This document shows, piece by piece, positions 1-12,864 of a DNA stretch of 64,000 bases. The stretch comes from Tubiluchus corallicola (lineage: Eukaryota; Animalia; Priapulida): NCBI GenBank assembly GCA_030141605.1, contig JAQGDQ010000273.1:62001-126000 (forward strand), in the 5' to 3' direction. The notes below the pieces were generated by a model. That model was not told the origin of the DNA, searched no databases, and worked only from the letters and a program-made list of their open reading frames with translations. The stretch's first letter is position 1. Each line of letters begins with the position of its first letter. The translations under genes and the position numbers were made by a program.

Positions 1-2387
1 ATGACGCACAAATAACTGCTACATAATGATCGTTGTAATTTAATGACGTAAAATTTTGCAATAATAAAGAATTTTGTGATTTGTTACATAATGACCGTTT
101 TCTTATATGACGAACCTTAACACACAGGTGATACAGTTTGCTATGTAAAGATGTACAAAGATTCTTAGATCTAGATTAAACATTCTAGATCACAGTATCT
201 GGACAACGGATTAATTTTATTTCTGCGAGGCTCAAACTGAAAAAGAAAGAAAAGAAGTCTGCGTTGATGATTTCAGCTTCACTTGCGTATTTTTTCAAGT
301 GTTGTGAAAACTGCTGTGTGAGATGCATCACTCGCTATTTACACCAGAGAGCTCATGAACATCAATATTCAGAAATTGGGGTTCATCAAAAAGAATGTGC
401 TGGACTGAAATCAGATTGTATTCACCTGATAAACACTATTGATAAATTTGGTAAAAATTAATTTTGTAAAATATTAGTGGAAGAAGATCCCGACTTATTA
501 TCATTTCTAAAATGCTTGCACAGTGAGCCTTGGCACGAGCTCGACGCATTACATAGTTGCATCTTAAAAATACTTTTCTAAAATCGTTTTAAACAAAGAA
601 ACCAAGTTCTTATTAGATACGCAGAGAAGTCCCAATATGCCTTCTTTGTCTGGGTTGTCTATGAGCCTGGTGCCCTCACCAGCTTAGTAAGTCCCAATAA
701 ACTAAAAACCTTAATAAGGCATCCAGATACTGAAGCCTTACCTGCCTAGTATTAGAAAGGAAATATCAAACTTTTCCGATCTGATAGTTACTGTCTATTA
801 GGATTAGGCGCTTTCCAGTAATTGCCGCAATCATACGTCATTAAGATGCCACTAGTTAATTAAGCAGTTGTTTACCATCGACTTACTTATTGAGCATGCG
901 CAAATTCGTCGTTGGGTGTTTATCAAACCTGTAACGTAGCTAATAGTTAAATAACGCACTGAATAACGGGCAAAATTACACCTGCATTAATTAACCTGCA
1001 TAATAAATAACAATGATCAACAACTAAAGTTTTGTTTATTGCTTGTCATATAAAAACTATGCTCTGAAAGGAGGACACCGTGTTCGCATAATGTCTGACG
1101 CGTATTCCTGCTCTCATGTTTTAACAATATTAACAAAAGTCACGGCGCTCTTTCTTGCATTTTTGTTGCTGTTCGTGAAATTAGAAGTACTATTTTTTGG
1201 AAGCTATGCCTCTGTCGAAATTTAATACTACAGTAATTATGGCGGTGGCATTAGCTTATTATCGTGTTATTAAAACACGGGTTTGGGCTTACTAATATTT
1301 TTCAGCAGAGAGAACAGTACGGCGTGTATCATCAACTAGTGAATGCAACTAGATGCAGAACAACATTATTATACGCTTCTTCCACCTCTCAAAAACTCAA
1401 ATAGAAGAACATTTTTGTGTGTAGGTCTTGAAATAACCAAACTCACCTGATTAGCTAGCCGTCTAGCGAAATTAGTTACAAAAAAGCTTGAAAACTCGCT
1501 AAATCACCTAGGCAACGGCGGCTTCCTGTTTGCGTGTTGCTGTGCGACGCAATTCGGGCGATAGCAATCACTTTTGAATGAAGACGTCACGTGTTTTCGC
1601 GATAAAATTCTAGTTTAAGAAGAGTTATTATACAGAGCTAAAATAATGTGTTTCTTTCATAATTATTTTATTTAAAGAATATATTTGTAAAGTGTGCACG
1701 TAATGCGTGATGCGTATTGACTGTTTCCATGCGTCCGTGAACGCTATGCATATTAACAAAGCCTACAGTGCTCTTTCCGCCATTTTTGCTTGCCATTTCT
1801 CCCAATCGTGTCTCAACTGGCTATACAACACTGCAGTTTCTTGTTCCGTTAATTCGGTGCACCCAATAACGACGGTAATTAATGCTGGCATATTAACAAT
1901 AAGCGCTCAGTAAAAAAGTTGTCCTCACTGTCCATGATACTAGTAACAACTATAAGCCTGCAACACGCAAAGTTGCTGCAGCTTAGTTGGACTCGCGTAA
2001 AAAGCCGCGTCATCTCTGCGAAATCGACTTTTTTGCTGTATGAGTTTTCACGAAAAAATCAGAAATGTTCTGATTTTCTGACAGCAGTTTCATGAGCCAT
2101 TTTCCTTGTACCCTCAGTGTGAAATGGACCTTACTTACATCTTAACTTAACTGAAATTTTCAAGATTGTCTGTCTCGCAGTTGTAGAGTCTTCTCAAAGT
2201 AATTTTAAGTTCATACTACCCTTTTTGTTCACATCAGTGAGACAGTCTGCATTGTAAGATTTCAAGATAATTTACTAAGTTCATAGCATCAGCGAACTCA
2301 TTTCCATATAATTTATACGCATATTAACCACTTGAAATTCGTATAACAAAAAATTACTTGACGGCTGTATTTTTTTATTTCTTCCAG

Positions 2388-3092
2388 GTCACCTGCCTCG
2401 GAAAGATTTCTTATGGTACTTCAACAAACGACTGTATGGAGAAACGTATCTTGCGCGAGCTGCTGAGTACGACTCAGGGGTACAGTCTGCGTACAAGAGC
2501 TTCGCCGCTACAGATTTGCATGATCTGCTTTCTCAAATGCGGACAGAGATCACCGAAAATGATGTCCGAGAACCCGATGTCCAGATGGGTTCTTGGTGGT
2601 TTGACAACATGACGCTCTACATCAACTACCTGAAGGGGATTGAATCGAACCTTGCGGACACGATTGCTGTTGGTCTTCAAGCAGAAGTGGACCACCTGGA
2701 GAGTGAAAAGCTCTTTCGCATTATTATCGTGGTCACTGTCCTCTGCGTGTATCCAATCATCATCATGTGGGTTTACAGTATGACGAAGACCATCCAGAAC
2801 TATGCCACCGATCTACACGGTAAGACCCAAGAGCTTGACAAGGAAAAGGAAGTTACCGAAGGTCTGCTGTATCAAATGTTGCCGATTAGTGTGGCTGATT
2901 CGTTAATAAATCGTCGACCGGTATACCCGGAACATTATGACTTTGTGACAATATACTTCTCGGATATCGTCGGATTTACGAACATTTGCTCAAAGTCAAC
3001 GCCGCTTCAGGTAGTAGACATGCTCAATATACTTTACCAGAATTTTGACAATAAGGTGGACATGTATGACGTCTACAAGGTAGAAACCATAG
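2388..3092 (+). CDS. Guanylyl cyclase exon: NIT-like C-terminal part, TM helix, signalling helix and start of cyclase domain
   Basis: Acceptor ttcttccag|GT at 2387/2388. Frame continues into ORF 2516..3217. Ends ATAG|gcaagt. Confidence 0.9.
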
Positions 3093-6000
3093 GCAAGTAT
3101 AAATGTTTTATATGTCAATGCCTTACTGAATTCCTGAGCATCAGCTTCGTCCAAGAAAAAATCCGGTGTTTCACTCACTCAGACTTTCAATTCGTAGTTA
3201 ATTTATTAGTTAACTAATTAGGGCTGTTTAATCAATTTATATTAAACTGAATAAAATTTCACTTTCCCATGGTCTTCTACACCACCATAGCGAAGATAAC
3301 CAGGAGTATATGTCTGCAAAACCTTATTTAATTTAAAATTGATTTAAACTGCATGTGACGTTCGGGTATAATCTTTCACGTATGTATGAATTTGTTTTAG
3401 GATAGACCAGTGGCTGACTAGTTAACCTTTCCAGTGGACCTTATATTTTAGTTACCCAGTCAACATTTCTTGGGTTGCCCAGCTGACTTTCGCTTTGTTA
3501 TACTACAAATAACTTTTGGTTCAAAAATTAACGAGTTCCCCGCTCGACTTTTTTGTCTTTTTTCATCGACCTTGTCCTATCACACAGTTGACATGGGACG
3601 CTAAACCCCTTCGCTTTTTATTTCCTTTTGTTTAATCCCTTCCTTTAAGATCAACTATGCTCACAATTGCTTGAAGAATTATATATCGTGTTCATGGCGT
3701 CTAAAGCAGCGTACTTTAAATCAATACCGGAAATGCGACTATGAATTAGCATAACCAACGCAGCAAGTTACATGTAATAACTTCAATTAGCTTGCTCATT
3801 AATAACACTACTATTAAGAAGCAGGTGGAAATTAGATGTTTTATAAGAGGTCATGTTGTATGTAAGCCTACGTTTGAGCGTGTTCCTTAATGACATGCTA
3901 TTTTATCTTAGCTAATACATCAACTTACGTCAATTAAAGGGTAATGACATGTTAATGACATATTTAGGTGAACTTCATTGATTCACGTAACATTAAATTA
4001 ATTACAACCTATTGCTGAAAGGGTCCAGCTTGGCTACCGTTTAGGTTCATTAAAAATTTAGTGTAAAACTCCACCTGACAGATCGTTTGTGACGTTCTAT
4101 AGTCGCACAAGGTCATATTCTGAAAAACGTGTGCTATAGTGTTGTATAAAAACTACTCACCCCAAATAATCATAATCTAGTAACGTGATCTTTTTTATCA
4201 TAACATTTCCATGTGCTACTAACGACAGCGTCAGTCTTATCAACACTAACAACAAAATTTATTAACAACTTAGTTAGTAAATATTTCTAATTGATTTGAA
4301 CGTATTTTCTTGTTAGTCACAAACAGTAACATATTATGTCAATTTAATGTGGATAATGTTGTTTTATACCAGTTGCATTGTTTTAAATATATTGTGAACA
4401 CGAATTGACAGATGCGTGGGTTTGTTCAACTTTAAAACGTCTTCCATAACAAAGTTTTGTGTACACGTTGTTGTTCATGCAATATCTTTTGATTGTCTAC
4501 AAATAAACCACTACTAATTACAGTGCTTAAAACATTAGCCTAACGGAAATCGTTATTAATAATACATTATACAATATCACTTGTCAAATTTTCGTCAGGA
4601 ATAATAAAGGTATCAAATGCCAAAAGGATAAAATCTCAGGGTTCAAATTAAACATCAAAGGATAAAACGAATACCAAAATTCAAATGATGGTGAAATATC
4701 GAATAGTTACAATGTCTGGGTTAAATTGTTAGAATGAAAATTTCAGTTCCTTCTAACATACAGCAATGCCAATATGCTTGCTTGTTCATAAATTAAGACT
4801 TGAAATAATTAGTATCCAAAATCTAATTGTTTTAATTACACAGGTGACGCTTATATGGTTGCATCTGGGTTACCTATACGTAATGGTAACAAGCATGCAG
4901 AGGAGATAGCCAATCTTTCTCTTACACTGAGAGATACTATAGGTGACGTGAAGATACCTCATCTTAGCTTACCTTTGCAAGTGCGAATTGGAGTTCATTC
5001 AGGTACTCATGGTTTACACTTATTTAGTTTCATTTAGACATTCTTGCACTTAGCTTTATTAAGATACATCAAGTACATGTACAAGACTTATTTATTGGGA
5101 TTTATTGGGAATATAAGTGCTACCCGGAAAGGAGAAGGTTTTGGGTTCAAGTCTTAGTTGAGGTGCAAAATTTTTCAAACTTTTCGATTAACTATTGCGC
5201 CCATGCGTTTATTTGATTGTTTTCTTACTGTCTTGGTACAGTATGGACAGTGATTCCTCGCTGATAAATCTCTTATGATAATGATAATTTATTTGTAGAG
5301 CGCAGAAATTGGCCAACTATTGTCAGCAATTGATAATAATACAGGTTTAAAATTAAAAATGATTGCAATAAAAATATACACTAACTAAACGTTATGGTAA
5401 ACAGGCAGGTTTTAAGACTAGTTTTAAAACAGTTAAAATCAATAACTGAACACAAACTAAAAGGAAGTTTATTCCATCCTCGCGGAGTTGTACTGGCAAA
5501 CGCAGGCGCACCATACCGAACGCTGATTCTTCAACGATCGGTGACAGCTACTGTAAAACTGTCCTGAGTCTTCTAGGAACGTCTGGAAACATAAGCCTCT
5601 AGTAGTTTAGAGTGTAAATTTCTGAGTCTGAAAAGTCAGATTAGCTCTATGGTGCCCGGAAAGCAAAAGGTGCTGTCTTCGAATTCCAGTGGAGATTTTT
5701 CAGATTTTCTAATTTAGTATTGATTTGCATTTGATTAAGTATGAATCCTGTAAAGTAGTAACATGGATCGTACAGTATGAAGTGTGACTAAGAAAAGACA
5801 GACGACATTAAATAATTATGGATTTGTAATTATGACAAATCAGTTTAGGCAAAGCGAAAAAGTTAAATCGGTGTGAATTGGTTATTGGTTAGTCATTTAC
5901 TTAATGCAAATGAAGATTATTAATAACAGGTTGAAATCAGAGATTATTGACCAATTTATCTCCACCGCTGTAAGGTCCAAGCTTTTCATAAAAATTTAAT

Positions 6001-7068
6001 AGTGATAAAATGGCAATTGACATTCTAAGGTCTATTACAGCATAGTCATACACTTTTAACAATATCGGGTGTTTAAAAGTATAAAATAAACACATAATAA
6101 AAGAAAGAGAGGGGTAAAACTGTGGCTTGTCCAAATTTTAATTAATCACGATCAATAATCGACAAACAAAAGGCGTTAAAACGTCCCAAGGTTTACGGTC
6201 TTTCCTAAAAGGGCAAAATCGCGTATTTACAAAATCGGACTACTGTTCACTAAGTCTTCACTAAGTCACTACAGTGCACTAAGAGTAAGGTATTATTTTA
6301 GATCCATTTCAAAGATTTCCAGAAAGCTCTAGCCCACTTCTGATACTATTGCCCCGCTGCCTTCGGACTCCCAGGAACAATGAAGGAAATCTAAGGTTCA
6401 CGAAGAGTTCATTGCAGGAATAAAAGTTGTATCAGCCAGAAGCACCTGAATTAGTCATTATTGTTAAATGATAATATACAACTTTGTCAAAAAACAAACT
6501 TAAAATAATAAACTAAAAGTAATATAATGCCATGAGCACTTTGTGAGAAGTCGTGCATTAAATACATCCACTACAGTCCTTTCTTGGGCTCAGGTCAAAT
6601 TACAACTTCTGTATTTGACAGATAGATTAACATTTCAGCTCAGACTAAATATCATTAATTTCTCATGAGAATCAATAGTAATTTCTTGTCAGTTACATAG
6701 TTACAGCACAGAGACAGCGAATCTATCGACTTGATGTAAATGAAGGTTATTTACATGAAAGCAATGATTAACTGAGAGCTTTGTCTAAGAATGATATCAT
6801 GTAATTATTTTTTGACTTTTAACGGAAACTAGACCTGGCATCCGTGAAAGCTCAAGGCAGGTGATACAAAGGATGCATGCTATTAACAGACACTGCTATA
6901 TGTGACCAATTATATGAGTCTATATTAAATTTATTATTTTGATAAGCAAGTAACTTTTAAGTTATTAGGGTAGTAGCGGTGTCCACCCATTTATGCACAA
7001 GCAACACGAATAAAAGCATTTGTTTATTTTCGTGCTGTTTATGCAGAACAAATTTTATTACTAAAGCT

Positions 7069-7155
<87 letters not shown>

Positions 7156-10100
7156 CTCTATCTCTCTCTCTCTATCCCTCCTTCCATCTCTATTTTGCCT
7201 TCTTCTTTCTGGCTCTCTGTTAAACTATTTCTCTGTAAATAAATGAACAAATGAAGTATGAATAAATGAATGGGTGCAAGTGAAAATGACTGAATGTGTA
7301 AGCCGGTTAGACAGTGGCTGAGTCATTAAGTGAGTGAATGAATGAACAAATGAAGAAATAATTAAGTGAGTGAGTAAGCGAGCTAGTGAACGAGTGAGTA
7401 ATATTACACAATGTGAAGGAATGAACAATATTACAAAGTTATCTAATACAACACAGAGTATTTCAAAAACATGATTTTTCCAGGACTGAAACGCCCCTGC
7501 CAAACTGCCTATAACTGTCTATACCGACGTGAGACTGTATATGAAAGAAAGTAGTAAGCACTTTTACTCCACGTGCATAGAATTATACTTGTCAGCGTTT
7601 TGCAACTACCAAAAAAATATAATTCGACGCAAGTTTTCAGACGACGTCAGCTGACATGTTATGTAAAATGTGCTTTTCACATTTTACTTCAAGGATAACA
7701 CTTTCTCAAGTGTTTTTACCGAAGAGCAGCAACTGTACACTAAGGGAGCAACACTTTCTTCAGAATCTCTCGTTGTCTTGAAGGTTGGAAAATGCGGCAC
7801 GAAAAAGCTCAAAATTCAAATAATTTGATTGCATGAGTTGTTTGTTTGCAATATGGTTTCCTTTGCTGCAACACTGTAACGAAGAAATTGATATGCAAAC
7901 ACCACTAGGTACTTTTGCATGCCAATGCATAAAGGTTATACATAAATTTAATGCCTCAGTCGTTCTTTCGCAAACTAATATTTTCTTTACAGACCGAATA
8001 TTTGCTGTTCACTTTCAAATCATAAATTTATACAGCTCATGTTTTTCCATTGGACACATCGTTTTCCATTTCAAAGTCACCTTTTGCAATAATTATTATT
8101 ATAGCTTGGGTAAAATCAGTACTCAAGCAGTTACTGTACGCAAATTTAGCCAAAATGAAAACCGAAAATAACAATGTTGATATTTTCATCCTATAAACCG
8201 TTTCTTAGCCTTGTTCACGTGTTTAATATTTTGGTCCAGGTACTCGACTCAAATCGATACTTTTCTGGATGTTGTTGTTGTTATTATTGGAGGGGATGAC
8301 CTTCTAAGGCTCCTCCAACTTGCAAAGAATCGTTATGGAACTTCGCACTGTTATACTGGAAGAAATTTTGCATCGAGTGGCGGAGTCCGATTTGAGATCC
8401 GCGATTTTGAATTCAAGATATCGGCGATAGTAGCATTTTCAAAAAAGCGCTAGACTCGGGTTTGTAACAGATCGTCATGAAACTTTATAGGAATATTATT
8501 AGAACGAATTCTGCATCAACTGACAGGGTCCGATTTCTGCCGTTTTTAATTCAACATTGCGGCGACCACAATGTTTTCAAAAAGATAAAGACTCTGCCAA
8601 TGCGTAATGAATTGTCATGAAATTTTATAGGAATATACTAGAATAAGCTTCGCATCAATTGACAGAGTCGAGTTCTCGATATGCCATCTTGAATTCAAGG
8701 TGACAGCATTGACGTTACTTTCTAAGAAACATAAAAACAAAAATCAGTGAACGAAAAAAACTAGAACAAATTTCACATCTATTGTCGGAGCCAGATTTTT
8801 GATCCAGAATCTCAAGTTCACTGAGTCTATGGACCGTTCGAGTTAGACTTGTACATACAGCTCAATACTACAACTAATATGCAGCACTTATTATAAAGAT
8901 GGTTATGTCGGGACTGGAACCTATCTCATTGAAACACCAGACTAAGATGGGACATTGGACTGGCGGGTTGTCACAGCCGCTTCTATGTGCACATTCTCAA
9001 TGAGGTAAATATCCACGGGCCGTAGGACAATTTAAACTACTAAGAAATTGGGAATAGTGGAGGAAGAATGTGCATTATAAACATATTAGGTATGATAATG
9101 GTATGCACTCGTTGTTTAGTATGAAAATTGTGTGGAAGAGTATGTCATCATGCCCTTATACATTGCAAGGTATAGGTTAGTCCCGTTGAGCCTAATATAA
9201 CCAACCTAATGGCATTATTACTAGTAGCACTTCATGTGCTTATTTTATACAATGAACGACAAGAGCAGTGCCTGAAGCATTGCTGTTATTCTACATGGGA
9301 AACATTTTTACCTACGCAGCCTTTCATTAACGTGTAAATGACCGTAACAAAGGAGTGCTTTTTATGATTTGTAAATCCGTATCAGGTAATAAACTGACTT
9401 CTCTGCTTCAGTCGTAGGCATGGCAAAATGGGTTAATGTCGTACAATGAGTTTCAGTCCTTACTAAACTTACAAAATAGCTTGGACGCTTTTTCTTCTCC
9501 TTTATTAATAAAATATATATATATATATACTACTTTGCAATTTTTAGTAAGGACACCTTCGACAGTAGCCCATTTTACCCATGTATAACTGAAGAAACAT
9601 TCTGTCATATGCCTAATAATGGTTTGAAAATATTTCTTCCTTTGTGCATTTGTTTATTGCTCGTTCCTTCGTTCTTTTCTTCATTCGTGTATCCTTTTCC
9701 TTTTACTCATTATTTCATTTAGTTATATAGCCTTATATATTTCCTCATTTACTTCTTTTTGTTTGTTGACTGAATTTCATTCATCCGTTTACTTGTTTGT
9801 TAGCTCGCTTGATGCTGTTAGTTTGCTTAATCACTTTTGCTGCCTTTTTTGTCTGGTTTCGATTTATTTTTCCTTTTTGTTTTGTTTGTTTATTTATTAA
9901 TTCATTCGTGTGTGCATTAATTGTACATTCGATTCTGTTGCAAAGGCTGATTGCAAATGATAATCTTTTTGTTCTATACGTTTCCTGGTTGAAGGGGTTC
10001 TAGCTTTTAATACTACTTTTCTCAAATGATGGCTTCACGTACTATGCACAATGTGTACGCCGAAATGTTTACAGGAACTGTGCACCTTTCGGAAGAATCC

Positions 10101-12824
10101 TATCACACCTCACTCGACTAAAGCCTGTGTTGCGTGGCAGTAATTCAGTGCTAATAGGTACCAATTAACATTTTAATAACAGTTAATTGAGTCCGACTCT
10201 GGGGACAAAGTCTTATCACATCCCACACGAATAAACGCTAATGTTACAGTGGCAGTAATGCGGTGCTAATAGATACCAATTAACGTTTTATTACCAATTA
10301 ATTGATTTCGATCCCGGTAGGTCAAAATTGATAACGAGCCTCTCAATATTAACCTAAACCACGTACAACCCTATTTATCCCCTTAGTTTACCAGTTTAGG
10401 CTCCACAATAATAGCATTCTCCTGAACAATCTTATGCCCGCGCCAGGCTCATTTCCGATAGTCAGTTTGTGTAGTAATATTATTCTATAACTTCTAAGCC
10501 AGCCAGCCATAATGCCAGAAAAGAGGTAACGGTAGCATAGCATAAATAGTTATAATTACAATTTATTAAATTTATCGTTCTTTTTGGTATCGGTAATTCA
10601 GCAAGTAATTGAATTACAGTTCAGTACAAGAATACAACCAAAATATCATTTGGTTAGAATTCGCATTATGATCAAACAAATTAATGTACTAACATGAATA
10701 GTAGGTTTCTGAAAAATCACCTTAAAAATTATATTACTTTATGGCATTTTTATGCGTATATCGTACTCGCGTTAAAAGGAATTTTTGTTTGTTTTCATTT
10801 TAAATCTCTTGCAATACTGTTCCGACCGCGCCATTACGTTACATCGAATACGCACAACATAAATCAGAGGAAGAAAAGGAAATGTTAATGTCCCAAAAAA
10901 AACTTTCCATGTACAGTTATATTAATTAGCATTTCGCTTACCTGCTTGAAAGACTTATGTAACAAATAAAGAAAATTGATTGTTAATTATTTAAAATGTT
11001 TTCACCAATTGGAAAAATGTCGGTGACTCACTTCCAAGATGCATCACTCGATCGCTAATCAAAAACGTATTTTTAATCTTATTGACAAGATATAGCAATT
11101 TATAATTTTACGTATTTAGTGGCGTGTGGGCTACAGATGCTCTGATTATTTTTTTCAAACTTTACTCAGTGTTATCTAAACTTATTTAAAATGACTCATC
11201 GTCAAAATAGCTGCGTCTAACGGTCAGCGCGGGAGTTTAAATTTAAATGTTTTATACGGCCTTACTGCCGACGCAAGCCTTATATGCAATAACGAAGTAC
11301 GTAAGTGGTATAAAATTTCAAGGCGAATTTTTTAAGCTTCATGTAAGTGGAGGGATTTCTTGTGCTAGCACTTTATCCATGATAACAATAAAACGACGAA
11401 AACGTATTTCCCTCTACGGTGAAAGCTAAGTAGGAGCTTCTAGCTCTTACCTTTTAAAAAACTTCCGAAGGAGTGTCCGCATCCCAAGACCGACAAGCAA
11501 TCAATCGATCATTCTGTTTGGTATCCTCCCCTTATGTGATTTCGATCATGTGATTCACTACGCCGTGATGGTATGTCTTGATCAAGTCCGCACACTTTGA
11601 CCTGTCCGTTTTTCTGTCTACCTAAGATTAGGCCTACCGAGTGTTAACATCATAATGTTAGTGATCCGCCTGCAGACCATAATTTTACTGCTATCAACTT
11701 TTGATCACCTAACTATCAAATACTGTACCGCTAATGATTTTTAAACGAATTTTTCATGCTTACACAGCCGAACTTCGCCTCCTGCACACAGACCTCCTGC
11801 CTTCTCGTCTGCGGATGTTTTAATATTTAAGTCGACTCAGTTTAAGATCAGGAATTTTAATTTCCAAATATTTGTCACCCATTATTAGAGTTACTAGAGA
11901 TGGTCACCTATATTTAGTATAAACGTGAGAGAAGCTGAGTGAGTCAGTTCATTGTCATTGAATTATTGTTATAATTTGTCGTTATTCATTTAATAATTCA
12001 TTATTTGAATAATTGTCGATTTCGAAATTAGAACATAACACTAATACAAGTTGAAAACAGTAAAAAAAACCGTCTCACACAAAATTTGCCTGCACACTGT
12101 AACTTTTGTATGAAGCACACTATGCCATTGTTAACTTCAGTACACAATTATTACATAACACGTGTATCAAACCATTTCATTTTACTAGTATGACCTGGTT
12201 TTGTCTAATACAAACTGTTATACCAAGTCCATTCACGAGAGCTGGATGACTTCGTCTGAGACAAAACAGATTTTTTTTCGTTTTTTCGAAAATAAAGATA
12301 GCTGGACTTTTTGCAGGATCATGTGTCGCTGGGGTGGTAGGACACAAGATGCCGAGATACTGCTTATTCGGTGATACGGTAAACACTGCCTCGCGGATGG
12401 AGACGACAGGTGAAGGTGAGTAAATCAGTTTGAGTTTTTAATATAGATTTCATGTACATGTACTTTTACTGCTCTTAAGTTAAAGATTTCAAGATCAAAG
12501 TTATTTAAAATACTACAATCTGATAGTGTTTCTAAAGTAAAATAAATTTTAATTTATAACCTTGTAATCGTATTACCGATAAAAAGAAATAAAAATGCTG
12601 AACTTTGAAAAGAAAATTATTGCCAAAAAGCAGCACATTGCAGCATGCATGCCCTAGTATCAAAAATTAATGGGCTTTCCAAACAAAGCAAAATGTACTT
12701 CACTATTGTTGTTGTGTAAATTATACTTTCTTACACAGAACTATCCCCAGGGCCTAGAATGACTAGACGTTTTCCCATGCTAGTCAGCAGAACATTTATA
12801 CGGTTAAATCTCTCTCTCTCTCTT

Positions 12825-12864
<40 letters not shown>

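Noticed and set aside
264-2350. Short ORFs and GC-richer patches upstream of the first cyclase exon, considered as further NIT-GC exons
   Set aside because: No well-bounded exon with a NIT-like or TM-like translation was found; the upstream exons probably lie outside the window.
5115-5170. tRNA-like motif (ggttcaagtc B-box; similar at ~5640-5695 and ~15925-15960)
   Set aside because: No cloverleaf can be folded; at most decayed SINE heads, not tRNA genes.
6979-7503. ORFs rich in SL and HSF repeats
   Set aside because: Translations of microsatellites.
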